Shown here in pieces: positions 1 to 14,387 of a DNA stretch of 64,000 nt. Origin of the DNA: the human T2T-CHM13v2.0 reference genome, Homo sapiens. The stretch is taken from NCBI RefSeq assembly GCF_009914755.1, contig NC_060931.1; one strand, written 5' to 3'. Both the position numbers and the translations under genes were made by a program. Position 1 is the stretch's first letter. Each line of letters starts with the position of its first letter. The notes under the pieces are model-generated. The model was not told where the DNA came from, searched no databases, and worked only from the letters and a program-made list of their open reading frames with translations.

Positions 1-400
1 TATTAAAAATTTCCACAAGACATGTCATCTTTTCAAAACAAAGTAATTTAATAGCAATAGACCCCAAAAACCAAAGTAAAGGTACTTGACAACATTCTTA
101 TATCCGTTTGTTCTTTGGGAGTACAGAAATTTTATATACATAAAATTTAAGTTTATATTTAATATTACCTCCAATTTCAAACTAAAAATAATGCATAAGC
201 TCTCAACCTACACAGATTGTTATCAAAGTGATTTAAATTTACAATGCATATCCAATTTTACAGTCTTTGAGTGCCTATGAGAAACAGGCAAATACAAATT
301 AGTTTCATCTAGCTTCCACTAATGGCAGAGTGAACTGGTCAGGCATAGTTTCCAGCAGATAAGCTCTAAACCTATATAAAGCACTTCTAAAAACACACCA

Positions 401-748
401 TAGTCATGTGCCACATAATGATGTTTTAATTAGTAACAGTGGTCCCATAAGATTATAATGGAGCTGAGAATTTCCTATTGCCTACGATGTCACAGCCACA
501 GTGACCTTAGCATAATATGTCACCTGCTCTATGTTTAGATATATTTAAGTAGACAAGTACCACTGTGTTACAACTGCCTACAATATTCAATACAGCAACA
601 TCAATAGGATATACCATATAGCCTAGGTGTGTAGTAGGCTACATCATCTAGGTTTGTGTAAATACACTCTATGATGTTTACACAAAGATGAATCACCTAA
701 AGACACATTTCTCAGAACATATCCCCATCATTAAACGATGAATAACTG
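401..748. mobile_element. Tigger3-like non-autonomous TcMar-Tigger element
   Basis: Ends tagtcatgtgccacataa ... ttaaacgatgaataactg resemble Tigger3 TIRs; internal ggtcccataagattataat motif. Confidence 0.75.
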
Positions 749-1959
749 CATTTGAAGGCGACAGAAATAACCAAAGAAAGATTTACTTTTAATTATAGAA
801 ATTGCAATGAGTAAGAATTCCAAGTCTGGTCATTTTTGTCTAATGGCACTCACTACCACAACTCCCATTCCAAGTCCCATAGATACAGACTTACATTCTG
901 GAGATGGCTGAGAACAGGAATCAGGGCAGGCAGAGTAGTTATTTCACATAAAGCTGGGGACGAGGGGTCAGTGGGTGGAATCCTGAGAGCCACAGGAGCA
1001 AGACCAAATCCCCGCCTTATCATTAACATACATATGCGTGGCAGAGATCCAATGGGGATTTGGAGAAAAAAGCAATCGAAAGTCAGAGAGGAATCTACCC
1101 TTACAAGATCTGTAAAATGAGTGAGTCTGCTGCTTTTTCAGACTGATAGCATTCCCTAAACAGTGCACAGCTATAATGGCAGAAAGCTGGGGCCTTACTA
1201 ACTTGCGGTGTCAGAGGACTGAGCTCATGGCTGGCACGGCAACTGAAAGGATAGGGAAGAAACACACAAAGGAAAAAGAGGTAAGGGCCATAATTTTAGT
1301 ACCAACTTTGCCAGAATCCTTGGCGATAGCTAACTACACAGGTACAGGGAAAACCATAAGGTACTACACTCCCAAAGTGGCAGCTGTAAGATTAAAGAAC
1401 TGAGCAAAACCAGCAACTACACAATGCAGGGAAAATAATGTACAGTTTAAGACCAGACAAGTTAAATTTGTTCTACAGGCTAGAACAAAAACAACATGAG
1501 CAATCCTCAGAGAACATAACAGAATCTACAATCAATAAAATGTACTATCCATAATGTCTAGTTTTCAACCAAAATTTATTTCACATGCAAATAAATGAGA
1601 TAACATGATCCATATGCATGAAAAGGAAAAAAAAAGTCAATAGAAATTGATTCAGAGAGGGCTAATATGTGGGACTTAGCAAAGACTTCAAAGCAGCTAC
1701 TATTTCACCTGAAGTAATTCAACACTAAGTAGACTGTGGTAATTAAAGATGCATGTTGCAATCTCCAGTGAATTTCTAAGAATTACAGTGTAATTCTTAG
1801 AAAAATAGTACAAGCACAGAGCTAAAAAGTGCACAAACAAAATAAAATAGAAGACACAAAAGTATTTGATTAACATAAAAGAAAGCAGAAAATTCCAAGA
1901 AAGGAAATCCCAGACTAGATGACTTCACAGGTGAGTTTGGCCAAATACTTTATTTCATT

Positions 1960-2121
1960 TATTTTTTATTTATTTTTACTCATTTTTTAATTATTTTTTT
2001 TTTTAAGAGACAAGGTCTCGCTATTCTGCTCAGGCTGGTCTTGAACTCCTGAGCTCAAACGATCCTCCCACCTTAGCCTCCTGAGTACCTGAGATTACAG
2101 TCACATGCCACCATACCCAGT
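1960..2121 (-). mobile_element. Alu monomer (FLAM-like)
   Basis: Single left-arm-type monomer with T-rich tail. Confidence 0.75.
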
Positions 2122-2417
2122 TGGACCGAACATTTAAAGAGTAAATATCAATACTTCTACAACTCTTCCCAAAAATTAAAGAGAACGGAATGCTTCCTAA
2201 CTCAGTCTATGAGGGCCAGCATTTGCCTGACATCAAAGTCAAAGACACTACAAGAAAACAACAGCCCAACATCCTGTATAAATACAGATGAAAAAAATCC
2301 TCAACAATATACTAGCAAACCAAATTCAGCTGTGTATTAAAAGGATCATACATCATGAACAACTAGGATCTATCTCTGGAATACAAGAGTAGTTCAACAT
2401 ACAAAAATCAATCAACT

Positions 2418-2733
<316 letters not shown>

Positions 2734-2968
2734 TCAATATAATATACCACATTAATAGGATGAAAGGAAAAAAACACATGACCATTTCAACTGATGCAGG
2801 AAGAGCACCCCAACTCAACACCATTTCATGATAAAAACATTTAATAAACAGAAATAAAAGAAAAACTTCCTTAACACAATAAAGGTCATATATGAAGAAC
2901 ACACAGCTAACAAAATACTCAGTTGCGAAAGACTGAAAGCTTTTTCCCTAAGATCAAAAACAAAACAA

Positions 2969-3281
2969 GGCCAGACACAGTGGCTCACACTTATAATCCC
3001 AGCACTTCTGGAAGCAAACATAGGAGAATCACTTGAGCCCAGGAGTTCGAGACCAGCCTGGACAACATAGCGAGACTCCATCTCTACCAAATAAAAATTA
3101 AAAATTAGCCAGGCATGGTGGCATGCCTGTGTCCCAGCCACTCAAGTGGCTGAGGCAAGAGGCTCACTTGAGCCCAGGAGTTTGAGGTTACAATGAGATA
3201 TGTCTGCGCCACTGCCACTGCACTCCAGCTTGAATGGCAAAGCAAGGCCCTGTCTCTACAAAACAAACAAACGAACAAACA
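2969..3281 (+). mobile_element. AluJ
   Basis: cttgagcccaggagtt in both arms, typical of J. Confidence 0.88.
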
Positions 3282-5449
3282 AGTATTAGCCTGCACCTGC
3301 TCCACCAAAACTTCTATAGTGTTGGAAATCCTAGCCAGAGCAATCAAGTAAGAAAAAGAAATAAAAGGCATTCAAATCAAAAGGAAAGTAGTAAAACTGT
3401 CCCTGTTTGCAGATAACATGATCTAATATTTACAGAAATGCATAAAGACCCCACCAAAAAACTATTAACATAAAAAATTCAGTAAAGTTGCAGAATACAA
3501 AATCAACACACAAAAATCAGTGTCATTCCTATGTACCAACAACAATCTATATGAAAAAGATATTAAGAAAACAATCTCATTTACAATTGCATCCAAAGAA
3601 TAAAATACTAGGAACAGACTTAAGTAAGAAAGTGAAAGACCTGTATATTCAAAACTACAAATAAAAGAAACTAAAGAACTAAAGAAGACAAACAAATGGA
3701 AATACTTCTAATGTTCATAGATTAGACAACTGAATACTGTTAAAATTTCCCTACTATTCAAAGTGGTCTACAGATTCAATGCAATCCCTATCTAAATCCC
3801 AATGTCATTTTTTAGAGAAATAGAAAAAAAAATCTAAAATTCATATGGAACCACAGAAGACCCTGAATAGTCAAAAGAACTCTGAGAAACAAATAATATA
3901 GCTGGTATCATCATACTTCTTTATATATACATACACAAAGCTATAATAATTAAATAGTATGGTACTGGCAAAAAGAAAGACAAACTGATGCAATAGAGTA
4001 GAGAGCCCAGAAATAAATTCATGCATATATGATAAACCAATGTGTAACAAGGGTGCCATGAATACACAAGGAGGTAATGACAGTCTCTTCAACAAATACA
4101 AGGAAAACTAGATATACAAATGCAAGGGAATGAAATTGGACCCTTAGTCTTACACCATACACAAAAATCAACTCAGAATGGCTTAATGATTTAGCCGTTA
4201 GACCTGAAACTGTAAAACTCCTAGAACGACACGTGAGGAAAAACTCTGTACCATTGGTCTTGGCAATGATTTCACAGATGTGACCAAAAACACAGACAAC
4301 AAATGCAAAAACAGACAAGTGCGACTACATGAAACTAAAGAGGTTCTGCACAGCAAAGGAAACAAGACAGTGAAAATGCAACCTATGAAATGCGAGAAAA
4401 TATTCACAAACCATGTATCTGATAAAGGGTTAATTTCCAAAACGTATAAGGGACTTTACAACTCGATAGCAAAAATAAAAACCCAATTAAAAATGAGCTA
4501 AGGACTTGAATAGACATTTCTCCAAAGAATACATACAAATAGCCAACAAGTATATAAAAAGATCATTAATATCTGACCAGTCATCAGAGTAATGCAAATC
4601 GAAACCACAGTGAGATACCACCTCACATCCGTTAGAATGGTTATTATTAAAAAAAACAAACAAGCAAAAACAACAAAAAACAGACACGTGCTGGTGAGGT
4701 TGCGGAGAAATTGGAATCGTTTTACACTGTTAGTGGGAATGCAAAATTGTACAACCCCTATAGAAAATAGTATGGTGATTCCTCAAAGAAATTAAAAATA
4801 GAATTACTATACGATCCAGCAGTCCCACTTCTGGGTTTTTATCCAAAATAACTGAAATAGGATCTTGAGGAGGTATCTGCACTCTCATGTTCACAGCAGC
4901 ACTATTTACAACAGCCAAAATACAGAAATAACCTAAATGTCCACCAGCTGATGACTGAATTTTTTAAATGTGATATATATACATAGAACAGAATATTATT
5001 CCGACTTAAACAAGAAAGAAATCCTGAAATATGCAACAATGTGGATGAATCTTATGGATATTATGCTTAGTAAAATAAGCCAGTCACAGAAAGACAAATA
5101 CTGCATGATTCCACTGACATAAGGTATCTAAAATAGACAAATGCATGGAAGCGAATAATGGAATTGTGGCTGCCAGGGGCTGGGGGAGAGGAAGAAATGA
5201 GGAGTTGTTAATCAATGGGCATAAAATTTTAGTAAAGCAAGATAAGTAAGTTCTAGAGATCTGCTGTTCAATACCATGCCTATAGATAACAATACCATAT
5301 TATACATTTAAAAATCTGTTAAGAGGGTAGATCTCATATTAAGCGTACTTACCATTCTAAAATTTAAAAAAGAAAATCACCACACTAACGTAAGGTATTC
5401 CTATTAACCTATCCAGAAAAGTTTAAAAAACAAAGGGAAGAGGAGTAAA

Positions 5450-5744
5450 TTTTTTTTTTTTTTTGAGATGGAGTCTCGCTCTGTTGTCCAGGCTGGAGTG
5501 CAGTGGCACAATCTTGGCTCACTACAACCTCTGCCTCCCAGGTTCAAGCCATTCTCCTGCTTCAGCCTCCTGAGAAGCTAGGATTAAAGGAGCACGTCAC
5601 CATGCCCAGCTAATTTTTTGTATTTTCAGTAGAGGTGGGGTTTCACCATGTTGGCCCAGCTGGTCTCGAACTCCTGACCTCAAGAGATCAGGCTGCCTCA
5701 GACCTCCCTAAGTGCTAGGAGGTGTCAGCCACCATGCCTAGCCT
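5450..5744 (-). mobile_element. AluS
   Basis: Antisense dimeric Alu. Confidence 0.88.
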
Positions 5745-8053
5745 GAAATTTTTAAAATGAGATGACAGAATGGAATGTTAAAGAGGGAACTGGAGTCTGT
5801 TAATTCAGTGCAAATAGGCGAATAGTGTATCTCAATTTCAAAGTTTAGAAGTAGGGATAGTATCTAACCTCCAGCTCTAATTCCTCCTTTGCATCTACAT
5901 TTTTTTTCTGCAAACCTTTCTAAAACATCCCCCAGCTCACTTCTCCTCAAGTCTCCTGAGCCCAGATGAGTCGCATGTCCACGTTTAAACCATTACGTAA
6001 AGGAATGAAACTATCATGATCTATCATGATTTAAGCACTGGAGCAATTAAGTAGTCCCTTCCTTGAGCCCAAAGATATTATTAGGAAGAAGAGCACTCAA
6101 CCAAACTGAGACCCTGTAAAAAAGAAAGAATGGAAACAAAGGAAGTGGGAAGTCAATCAGTAATGTATGCTACACTGAATATAGATCCACGTGCCATGGA
6201 AACCAATTTAAGATGTAAGAGTTGGCATCCTGTCTTGAAAAATAAGATTCTATCCAATTGTTCTTTCCTGGAACATATGAAGGGGGTTTTCAGGAACTTT
6301 TGCTGACAAATTCTGCATTCTCCTCAAGAAGCGACTCTGGATAAACTTGAGAAGTGAACAACTGAACTTCCAGAGCCCTAGACCATGCAATTTAGATACG
6401 GATTTCTTTTTCAAAGCAGATGTTACTAATCTCTGTAATTGCTACAGAAACAACTTCATAAATCTCTGTGTACTACCTCATTCTGAGGATCATGCCTTCT
6501 TCATGTGCCCACGAAAATAAATTCACCATAAGATATATCCCTAGATATCTAATTTGGCACTTTTTAGTTACATAGTATAAACTGATTGGATTTTAGAGAA
6601 TGGTTTACCAGATATAATAATTTCAGGGTTTTTTCCAACAGTGAAATAACTTTAGTTTTAATATAATTAATAAGGAAATAATATAGATTATCACCACTGG
6701 CAACAGGATATATTCCTAGTTGTAATAATAAAACCATGTCATCAGTATGTATCTTCCTTTGGGATATGATATTAAAAGATTCATCAAATCACATTTCTGA
6801 TTCATCAAAAGAGATTTCAAATCTCTAACACAGAAGTTAAAAACAAATGAATAAAACTGCAAGCTATTTTACTGAATATGTTTCTGAGAAGATCATGCCT
6901 CCCTGCCCTGTTGTTTATACAATATGAAAGTGTAAAATTCTACAGGTACACCTATAATCATAAATTTACATTCAACCATTCTAACAGCCTTTAGCAATCT
7001 TAATTTGCCATATTTACCAAAACAAAGACTAATAAAAACTGTTTCACATTGTTACTGGCTTTTCTATATATAAAGGAATAAATTATCTTGGCAATGAAAA
7101 GTAGAACAACCCACCTAATTTTCCTGTACAATATTATACTTAGAGACCCAAAGCTGTAATTCATCAAGAAGAAAGCTAGCATAATTTTAAAGGAACAGTC
7201 AACAATAGAATAAGCCTGTAGTTCTGAGGCACTTTGTTTAGATTAAGACACATTTTTTTCAAATTAATATTATTAGTAATATATACTAGAAGGGAAAAGA
7301 ACTTGAGAACTATTGGCATAAGCATCCAAATGAAAAAGAAAATCCCTTAGAACCAAGAAATAAAAAACTTTGATACATTACTAGTTGGAAGTACCTTAAG
7401 CTAAATAAATTGTTCTCAAACTTTATAAGTCTTCCAGCAAGGGGTGATAGCAAGGTAAAACACAGAGCTTCCATGAACATTATTAAACAACCATATGAAA
7501 CAGAACACATATCTAGAAATGCTTGCAACTTTAAAATGTACGAAAAACAACATACTAATGTTTACAGTAAAAGAGCTCCTTGTTTTTGTCTAGATGTTAC
7601 CCTGAATTTTTTACACTATATGATAAAAGAATGAATAGAATCATAAATGTGGTATGAGTATTACCTGTTAAATATAAATTTTAGCAACATTAACTTCAAT
7701 TAGTTTTAAAAAAGGTTTGTGTGCTTGTGTGTATAATTTCTATATGCTTATCTCTACCACATACAAACACATATCTAAGCATAAGCCTTTCTGGCCATTT
7801 GGATTTGAGCACAACATCACCCCCATCTGGTGGTGGCTGAACCCAGTCACATATGTAAGCAATTTAGAGACCATTTAAATCAAATGTACAAACAGAAAAT
7901 CTTTATAATCTGTCATTACACTGTAGATATACACATATACATTACATTAACTATGAAGAAGTTGTCACACACAAAAAACTTCAATGCATTTAAGAAACAA
8001 GTCACTTCAGACTCACAATAAAGGGAAAACGAGAAACAGTTTCATGGTATTTT

Positions 8054-11000
8054 TTTCTTTTGATTTTTATTTCAATAGCTTTTGGAGTACAAGTGGTTGT
8101 GATTACATAAATAAATTATTTAGTGATGAATTCTGAGATTTTAGTACACCTATCACACAAGTAGTGTACTTTGTACCTAATATGCAGTTTTTTATCCCAC
8201 ATTCTCAATACCCTTCCTCTTCTGAATCTCCAAAGTCCATTTTATCACTCTAAGTCTTTGCGTATTCTTAGATTAGCTCCCACTTATAATGAGAACATTT
8301 GATGTTTAGTTCTCCATTCCTGAGTTATCTCACTTAGAATAATGGCCTCCAGCTTAATCCATGTTGCTGCAAAACACATTACTTCATTCCTTTTTATGGC
8401 TGAGTAGTATTACATGGTGTGTATATACATATACATCACGTTGTCTTTATTCACTCATTGGTCAATGGGCATTTAGGTGGGTTCCATATCTTTGAAATTG
8501 TGAATTGGTCTGCAATAAAGATATGTGTGCACGTGTCTTTTTCATATAATGACTTCTTTTCCTTTGGATAGATACCCAGTAGTGGGATTGCTGGATTGAA
8601 TGGTAGATCTACTTTTAGTTCTTTAAGGAATCTCCATACTGTTTTCCATAAAGGTTGTATTAATTTACATTCCCACCAGTAGTGTATAAGCATTACCACA
8701 TCCACACAAACATCTATTGTATTTTGACTTTCTAATAATGGCCATTCTAGACGGAATAAGCTGATAATCTCACTGTGGTTTTAATTTGCATTTCTCTAAT
8801 GATTAGGGATGTTGAACATTTTTTCATATGTTTCTCGACCATTTGCATATCTTCTTTTGAGAAATGTCTATTCATGTCATTTGCCCACTTTTTGGTGGGA
8901 TTATTTATTTTTCTTGCTGATTTGAGTTCCCTGTAGCTTCTGAATACTAGTTCTTTGTCACATGCACAGTTTACAAGTCTTATCTTCTCCCGTTCTGTGG
9001 GTTGTCTGTTTATTTTGACAATTATTTCTTTTGCTGTAGAGAAGCTATTTAACCAGGTCCCATTTATTTATTTTTGTTGCATTTGCTTTTGGGATTTCAG
9101 TCATGAATACTTTGTCTAGGCCAATGTCTAGAAGAGTTTTTCCTAGGTTTTCTCCTACGGTTTGTATGGCTTTGGGTCTTAGATTGAAGTCTTTGATCCA
9201 TCTTGGGTTGATTTTTATATAAAGTGAGAGGGATACAGTTTCATTCTTCTACATGTGGCTAGCCAGTTTTCTCAGCAGCATTTATTTAATAGGGTGTTCT
9301 TTCCCCAATTTATGTTTTTGATGCTTTGTTGAAGATCACTTGGTTCTAAGTATTTGGCTTTATTTCTGAGTTCTCTATTCTGTTTCATTGGGTCTATGTG
9401 CCTACTTTTATACCAGAACCATGCTGTTCTGGTAACTGTATACAGCCTTGTAGTATAACTAAGAGTCCAGTAATATGATGCCTCCAGATGTGTTCTTTTT
9501 GCTTAGGATTGCTTTGGTTATTTGGGCTCTTTTTGGTTCCAAATGAATTTTAGGATTTTTTTTCCCATTCGGTGAAAAATAATGTTGGTATTTTGATGGG
9601 GAATTGCACTGAATATGTAGACTGCTTTGGGCAGTATGGTTATTTTCACAATATTGATTCTTCCAATCTATGAACACAAGATGTGTTTCCATTTGTTTGT
9701 GTCATCCACGTTTTCTTTCAGCAGTTTTGTAGTTCACCTTGTAGAGATCTTTCACCTCCTTGGTTAAGTATATTCCTAGTATTTTATCTTTTTTGCAGAT
9801 GCAAAAGGGGCTAAGTTCTTGATTTGATTCTCAGCTTGGTGGTTGGTGTGTAGCAGTGCTACTGATTTGTGTACATTGACTTTGTAACCTGAGACTTTAC
9901 TTGTTTATCAAATCTAGGAGTCTTCTGGAGCAGTCTTTATTTAGGGTTTTTCATGTATACAATCACATCATCAGTGAACAGTGATAGTTTGACTTTCTTT
10001 TTCCAATTTGGAAGCCCTTTACTTCCTTCTCTTCCCTGATTGCTCTGACTAGGACTAGGACTTCCAGTACTATGTTGAATAGAAGTGATCAAAGTGGGCA
10101 TCCTTGTCTTGTTCCAGTTCTCAGGGGGAAGGCTTTCAACTTTTCCCCGTTCAGTATGATGTCGGCTGTGGGTTTGTCATATATGGCTTTTATTAATTTG
10201 AAGGAAATCCCTTCTATGCCTAGTTTGTTGAGGGTTTTTTATCATAAAAGGATGCTGGATTTTACCGGATGCTTTTTCTGCATCTATTGAGATGATCATA
10301 TAGTTTTTATTTATAATTCTGTTTATGTGATATATCACATTTATTGATTTGCATATGTTAAATCATCCCTGCATCCCTGAAATAAAACCCCTCGATCACC
10401 ATGCATTATCTTTTTGATGTGATGTTGGATTTGGTTAGTTAGTATTTTGTTGAAAATTTTTGCATCAATGTTCATCAGGGATATTGCTCTGTAGTTTTCT
10501 TTTTTTGTTATGTCCTTTCTGAGTTTTGGTATCAGGGTAATACCGGCTTCAAAGAATGATTCAGAGAGAATTCCCTCTTTCTCAATCTTTTGCAATAGTT
10601 GCAGTAAGATTGATACCAGTTCATCTTTGAATATCTGGTAGAATTCAGCTGTGAATCTATCTAGCCCTGGGCTTTTTCTTTGTTGGCAATTTTTTTTATT
10701 ACTGATTTAATCTTGCTGCTTGTTATTGGTCTGCTCAGGGTTTCTATTTCTTCCGGATTTAATCTAGGAGGGTTGTATGTTTCCAGGAATTTATCCATTT
10801 CCTCGAGGTTTTCTAGTTGATATGCATAGGGGTGTTAATAGTAGTCTCAAATGATCTATTGCGTTCTGTGGCATTGGTTGTAATGTCTCCAGTTTCATTT
10901 CTAATTGAGCTTATTTGAATCTTCTTTTTTTTCTTGGTTCATCTAGCTTAATGGTCTATCCATTTTGTTTATCTCTCAAAGAGAGAATTCAGTTCTTGGT

Positions 11001-13264
11001 GCTTTCAGGGGTGGAAACTCTGAGTTCCTTGGTTATTAAGAGTCTTTGTATGATAGCTTTCTCTGCTGCTGGTTGTAGTAGCAATATGTTGGTCATGTGA
11101 GCAAGTTCACTGTCTCCCATAGGGTTGAAATGGTAGAGGTCTCTTGACGCTTAATCTCATTCCCCTGTGATGTGCACTTTTTTATTTATTTTTTCCCCAG
11201 TATTTTATTTACTGGATTGAATATTTTAGGCTTCAGGCCAATACAGGAGGTGTCCACAGGTAAAAACCAGCTTTGGCTAAAGCAGGTGGGTAAATGCAAT
11301 ACCCAATGGTGGGGAAAGGTCCCAGCCTTGACAGAGGTGGCCGAGGAAGCTCTCAGTGAAACACACTGAGGTCTTACCAGAGGGAGGGACTGGAGCCACC
11401 TTAGCTCCCTTGTCAGGCTGGCAGAAAATTCATCTGCAGGAATGTTGATGTTTCAAGTGGAGAGGAATTGTGCCTCTGCCTCTCATGCAATCCTGCACTT
11501 GGAAAGTGCTCCTCCTGTGGGGATGCAGTCACCCTGAAGTGTTTCAGAGAGGTTGTCTATAGGTATACCCATGCCAAGCTCCCATGGGAAAAGCCCCACC
11601 TGTGTCTGCAGTGGTGAATGAGGGGGAAAAGAAGTCATCTTCTCCAAGGCTATTCACAAGCACCAGGACTGCCTGACTGTTGGGGCAGAGCTGCAGACTT
11701 TCCTTGCTGAGCCCAGCATGGCAACTGTATTTCTCCTGAAAGAAACTTCCCACCAGTGGAAAGATCTGGGACTCAAGGCCTCCCGCCTGGGTTCTTTTGT
11801 GCCATGGGTGGTCCCTTGATGTGGTACACTCTCCCTTCCCCTAGAAACAGGTGTCCCTAAGGGCAAGAATACTGTGAATGCTGTTGTTCCTCTGGGTCTA
11901 GATGCCCAGTGTGGCTGCCATACTCTAGGCTGCTGCTTGGAATGCCTGCAAGGAATCCAGAGATATGGCCTGTCCTCAAGTCTCCCAGCAGTGGGTACCA
12001 GTACCAGCTCTGATGGGGGTGGCAGGAAAGTGACACAGACTGTGAGATTCCTTGGTTATGGATAGTCTTAATGTGTTGGCTTTCTGAAATGATGGTTGTA
12101 GTAGTAATGAAAAGGTTATGTGGACAGACTCAGGACCTCCTGGTTGGCCAGGGTAGTAGAGGCAATGGTGACAGGTAAGGTCATGCACAAGTTTTCTCCT
12201 TCCTGGGTGCAGTATTATTCTACCTGGAGATGATGTAATGGACTGTGTTAGTTGGCCTCCAGCCAGGAAATGATGTGTGCAAAAGAGCACCAGCTGCAGT
12301 AGTTAACAGTGGTATTTGTGTTGGTCTTATGTTACCCAGGGGCAGTGCTTTGGTTTCTCAGGAATGGGCAGGGCCATAAAGCTCCCAAAAGTTTCTGTCC
12401 TTTGTGTTAAACTACCAGGGTGGCTGGAGGGGTAAAGCCAGGTGGGGGCTGGGGTCAGGCAGGTCCCTGCTCTGACTCTCCACAAGTGGGGCAAGCAGCA
12501 GCCCCTGGGCAGGAGTTTGAGGGAGGTTTCTCTGGCACTGGGGTAATGTTCCAGAGAGGTGTATTAACTGTCTCTGCTGCACAGAGAATTGTATGTAGGG
12601 AGTGGGAAGTAACAGGTGATAGTAAACCCCACCCAGCTCACCCAGCTCCCCGCATACTTCGCAAGGCAGATCTCACACCCACAGTTTCCCAGTAGCAGCA
12701 TCCAGCTAAGTTCTAGACCTTCTACTCAAAACTGCCCCAAGCCATATGCCTTCCCTGCGGGAAAACAGGAACCACAGGTTTCAGGCCACGCCCCTCCCAG
12801 TTGGCTCACACAGCTGGGGCACCCAGCTCCCTAGCTTGTGGCTACAGGACACTTGCCACTCACCCTCTGGTTCTGGCCTAGGAAATTCTTCCTCATTCGA
12901 GGTTATCATGAAATTCAGTTGGGAGGTTCTTTCAACCTGTGACTGCTTCCTGAGTTAGCTGGCGGACTTCCATGAGATACACTGTGAGGCAGAATAATGA
13001 ATGGCTCCCCTTGGTCTACTCTGCAGACTGGGAAAGCACGCAAGGCTGCTCCCACTGCCGTTCCTACTTTTATATATGTCACCACTTCCTAAATCAGTTC
13101 CAGTGTTGAGTAGGATAAAGGTCTTCCCCTGTGGGTTGGATTGTCAGGTTCCCCTGTAGGGGTGTGTATCCTGGAGGCAGTCTCTTCCACTCTCACCCTC
13201 TGGGGACTTACAGTTTTTCACCTGGCTCACAGTATAGGCTGTAGCCTGCAGCTTCTTTCAAAGC
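8054..13264 (-). mobile_element. L1PB-family element with internal deletion: long 5'UTR joined directly to mid-ORF2, then 3'UTR
   Basis: Minus-strand ORF2 peptides ([20 protein letters not shown]; [14 protein letters not shown]); L1PB-type 3'UTR; GC-rich 5'UTR-like block 10990-13264; flanking tcatggtatttt / tcatggtttatttt resembles a TSD. Confidence 0.78.
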
Positions 13265-13316
13265 TCATGGTTTATTTTCAACCTTTCCTATCAATGAACA
13301 ATTTTAATAGCCTTGA

Positions 13317-13646
<330 letters not shown>

Positions 13647-14219
13647 GAAATAAAACTTTCTAAAATCTTCACCAACTGCAACATATTATAGACATCTCAA
13701 AAAACATTAATTACTTCAGTAATTAATGGGTCCCTATTGTATGGCAAGGTTATATAAATCATACTTTCATCTATACATAAGTGAGAAACGTTTGCCTATA
13801 AGTATTGTTTTATCAGATTAAGAAATATCATAGCTACAATAAGAACATCAGTGGATGAAACAAGTTTAAACTACCCCTCTCTTCCACAATAAATGTATCA
13901 TAATGCTTCTATGACGTATTTGGTTTTAAGAATATTCTCTCATGGGGTGGGTGGAGCTAAGATGGCTGAACAGGAACAGCTCCCAGCGTGAGCGACGCAG
14001 AAGACGGGTGATTTCTGCATTTCCATCTGAGGTATCGCGTTCATCTCACTAGAGAGTGCCAGACAGTGGGTGCAAGACAGTGGGTGCAACGCACCATGCA
14101 CGAGCCGAAGCAGGGCGAGGCATTGCCTCACTCGGGAAGAGCAAGGGGTCAGGGAGTTCCCTTTCCTAGTCAAAGAAAGGGGTGACAGAAGGCACCTGGA
14201 AAATCGGGTAACTCCCACC

Positions 14220-14387
14220 CTAATACTGCACTTTTCCAATGGGCTTAAAAAAACGGCACACCAGGGGATTATATCCCGCACCTGGCTCGGAGGGTCCTAT
14301 GCCCACAGAGTCTCGCTGATTGCTAGCACAGCAGTCTGAGATCAAACTGCAAGGCAGCAGCAAGGCTGGGGGAGGGGCGCCTGCCAT
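14220..14387 (-). pseudogene. L1 ORF0 (MAGAPPPALLLPCSLISDCCASNQRDSVGIGPSEPG...), 55 aa, C-terminus frameshifted
   Basis: Peptide matches the known primate L1 ORF0; its C-terminal part (IRVGVTRFSRC) lies in another frame after the A-run near 14247-14253. Confidence 0.85.

Noticed and set aside
6011-6030. ctatcatgat x2 tandem with palindromic core
   Set aside because: Simple 10-bp slippage duplication; no evidence of function
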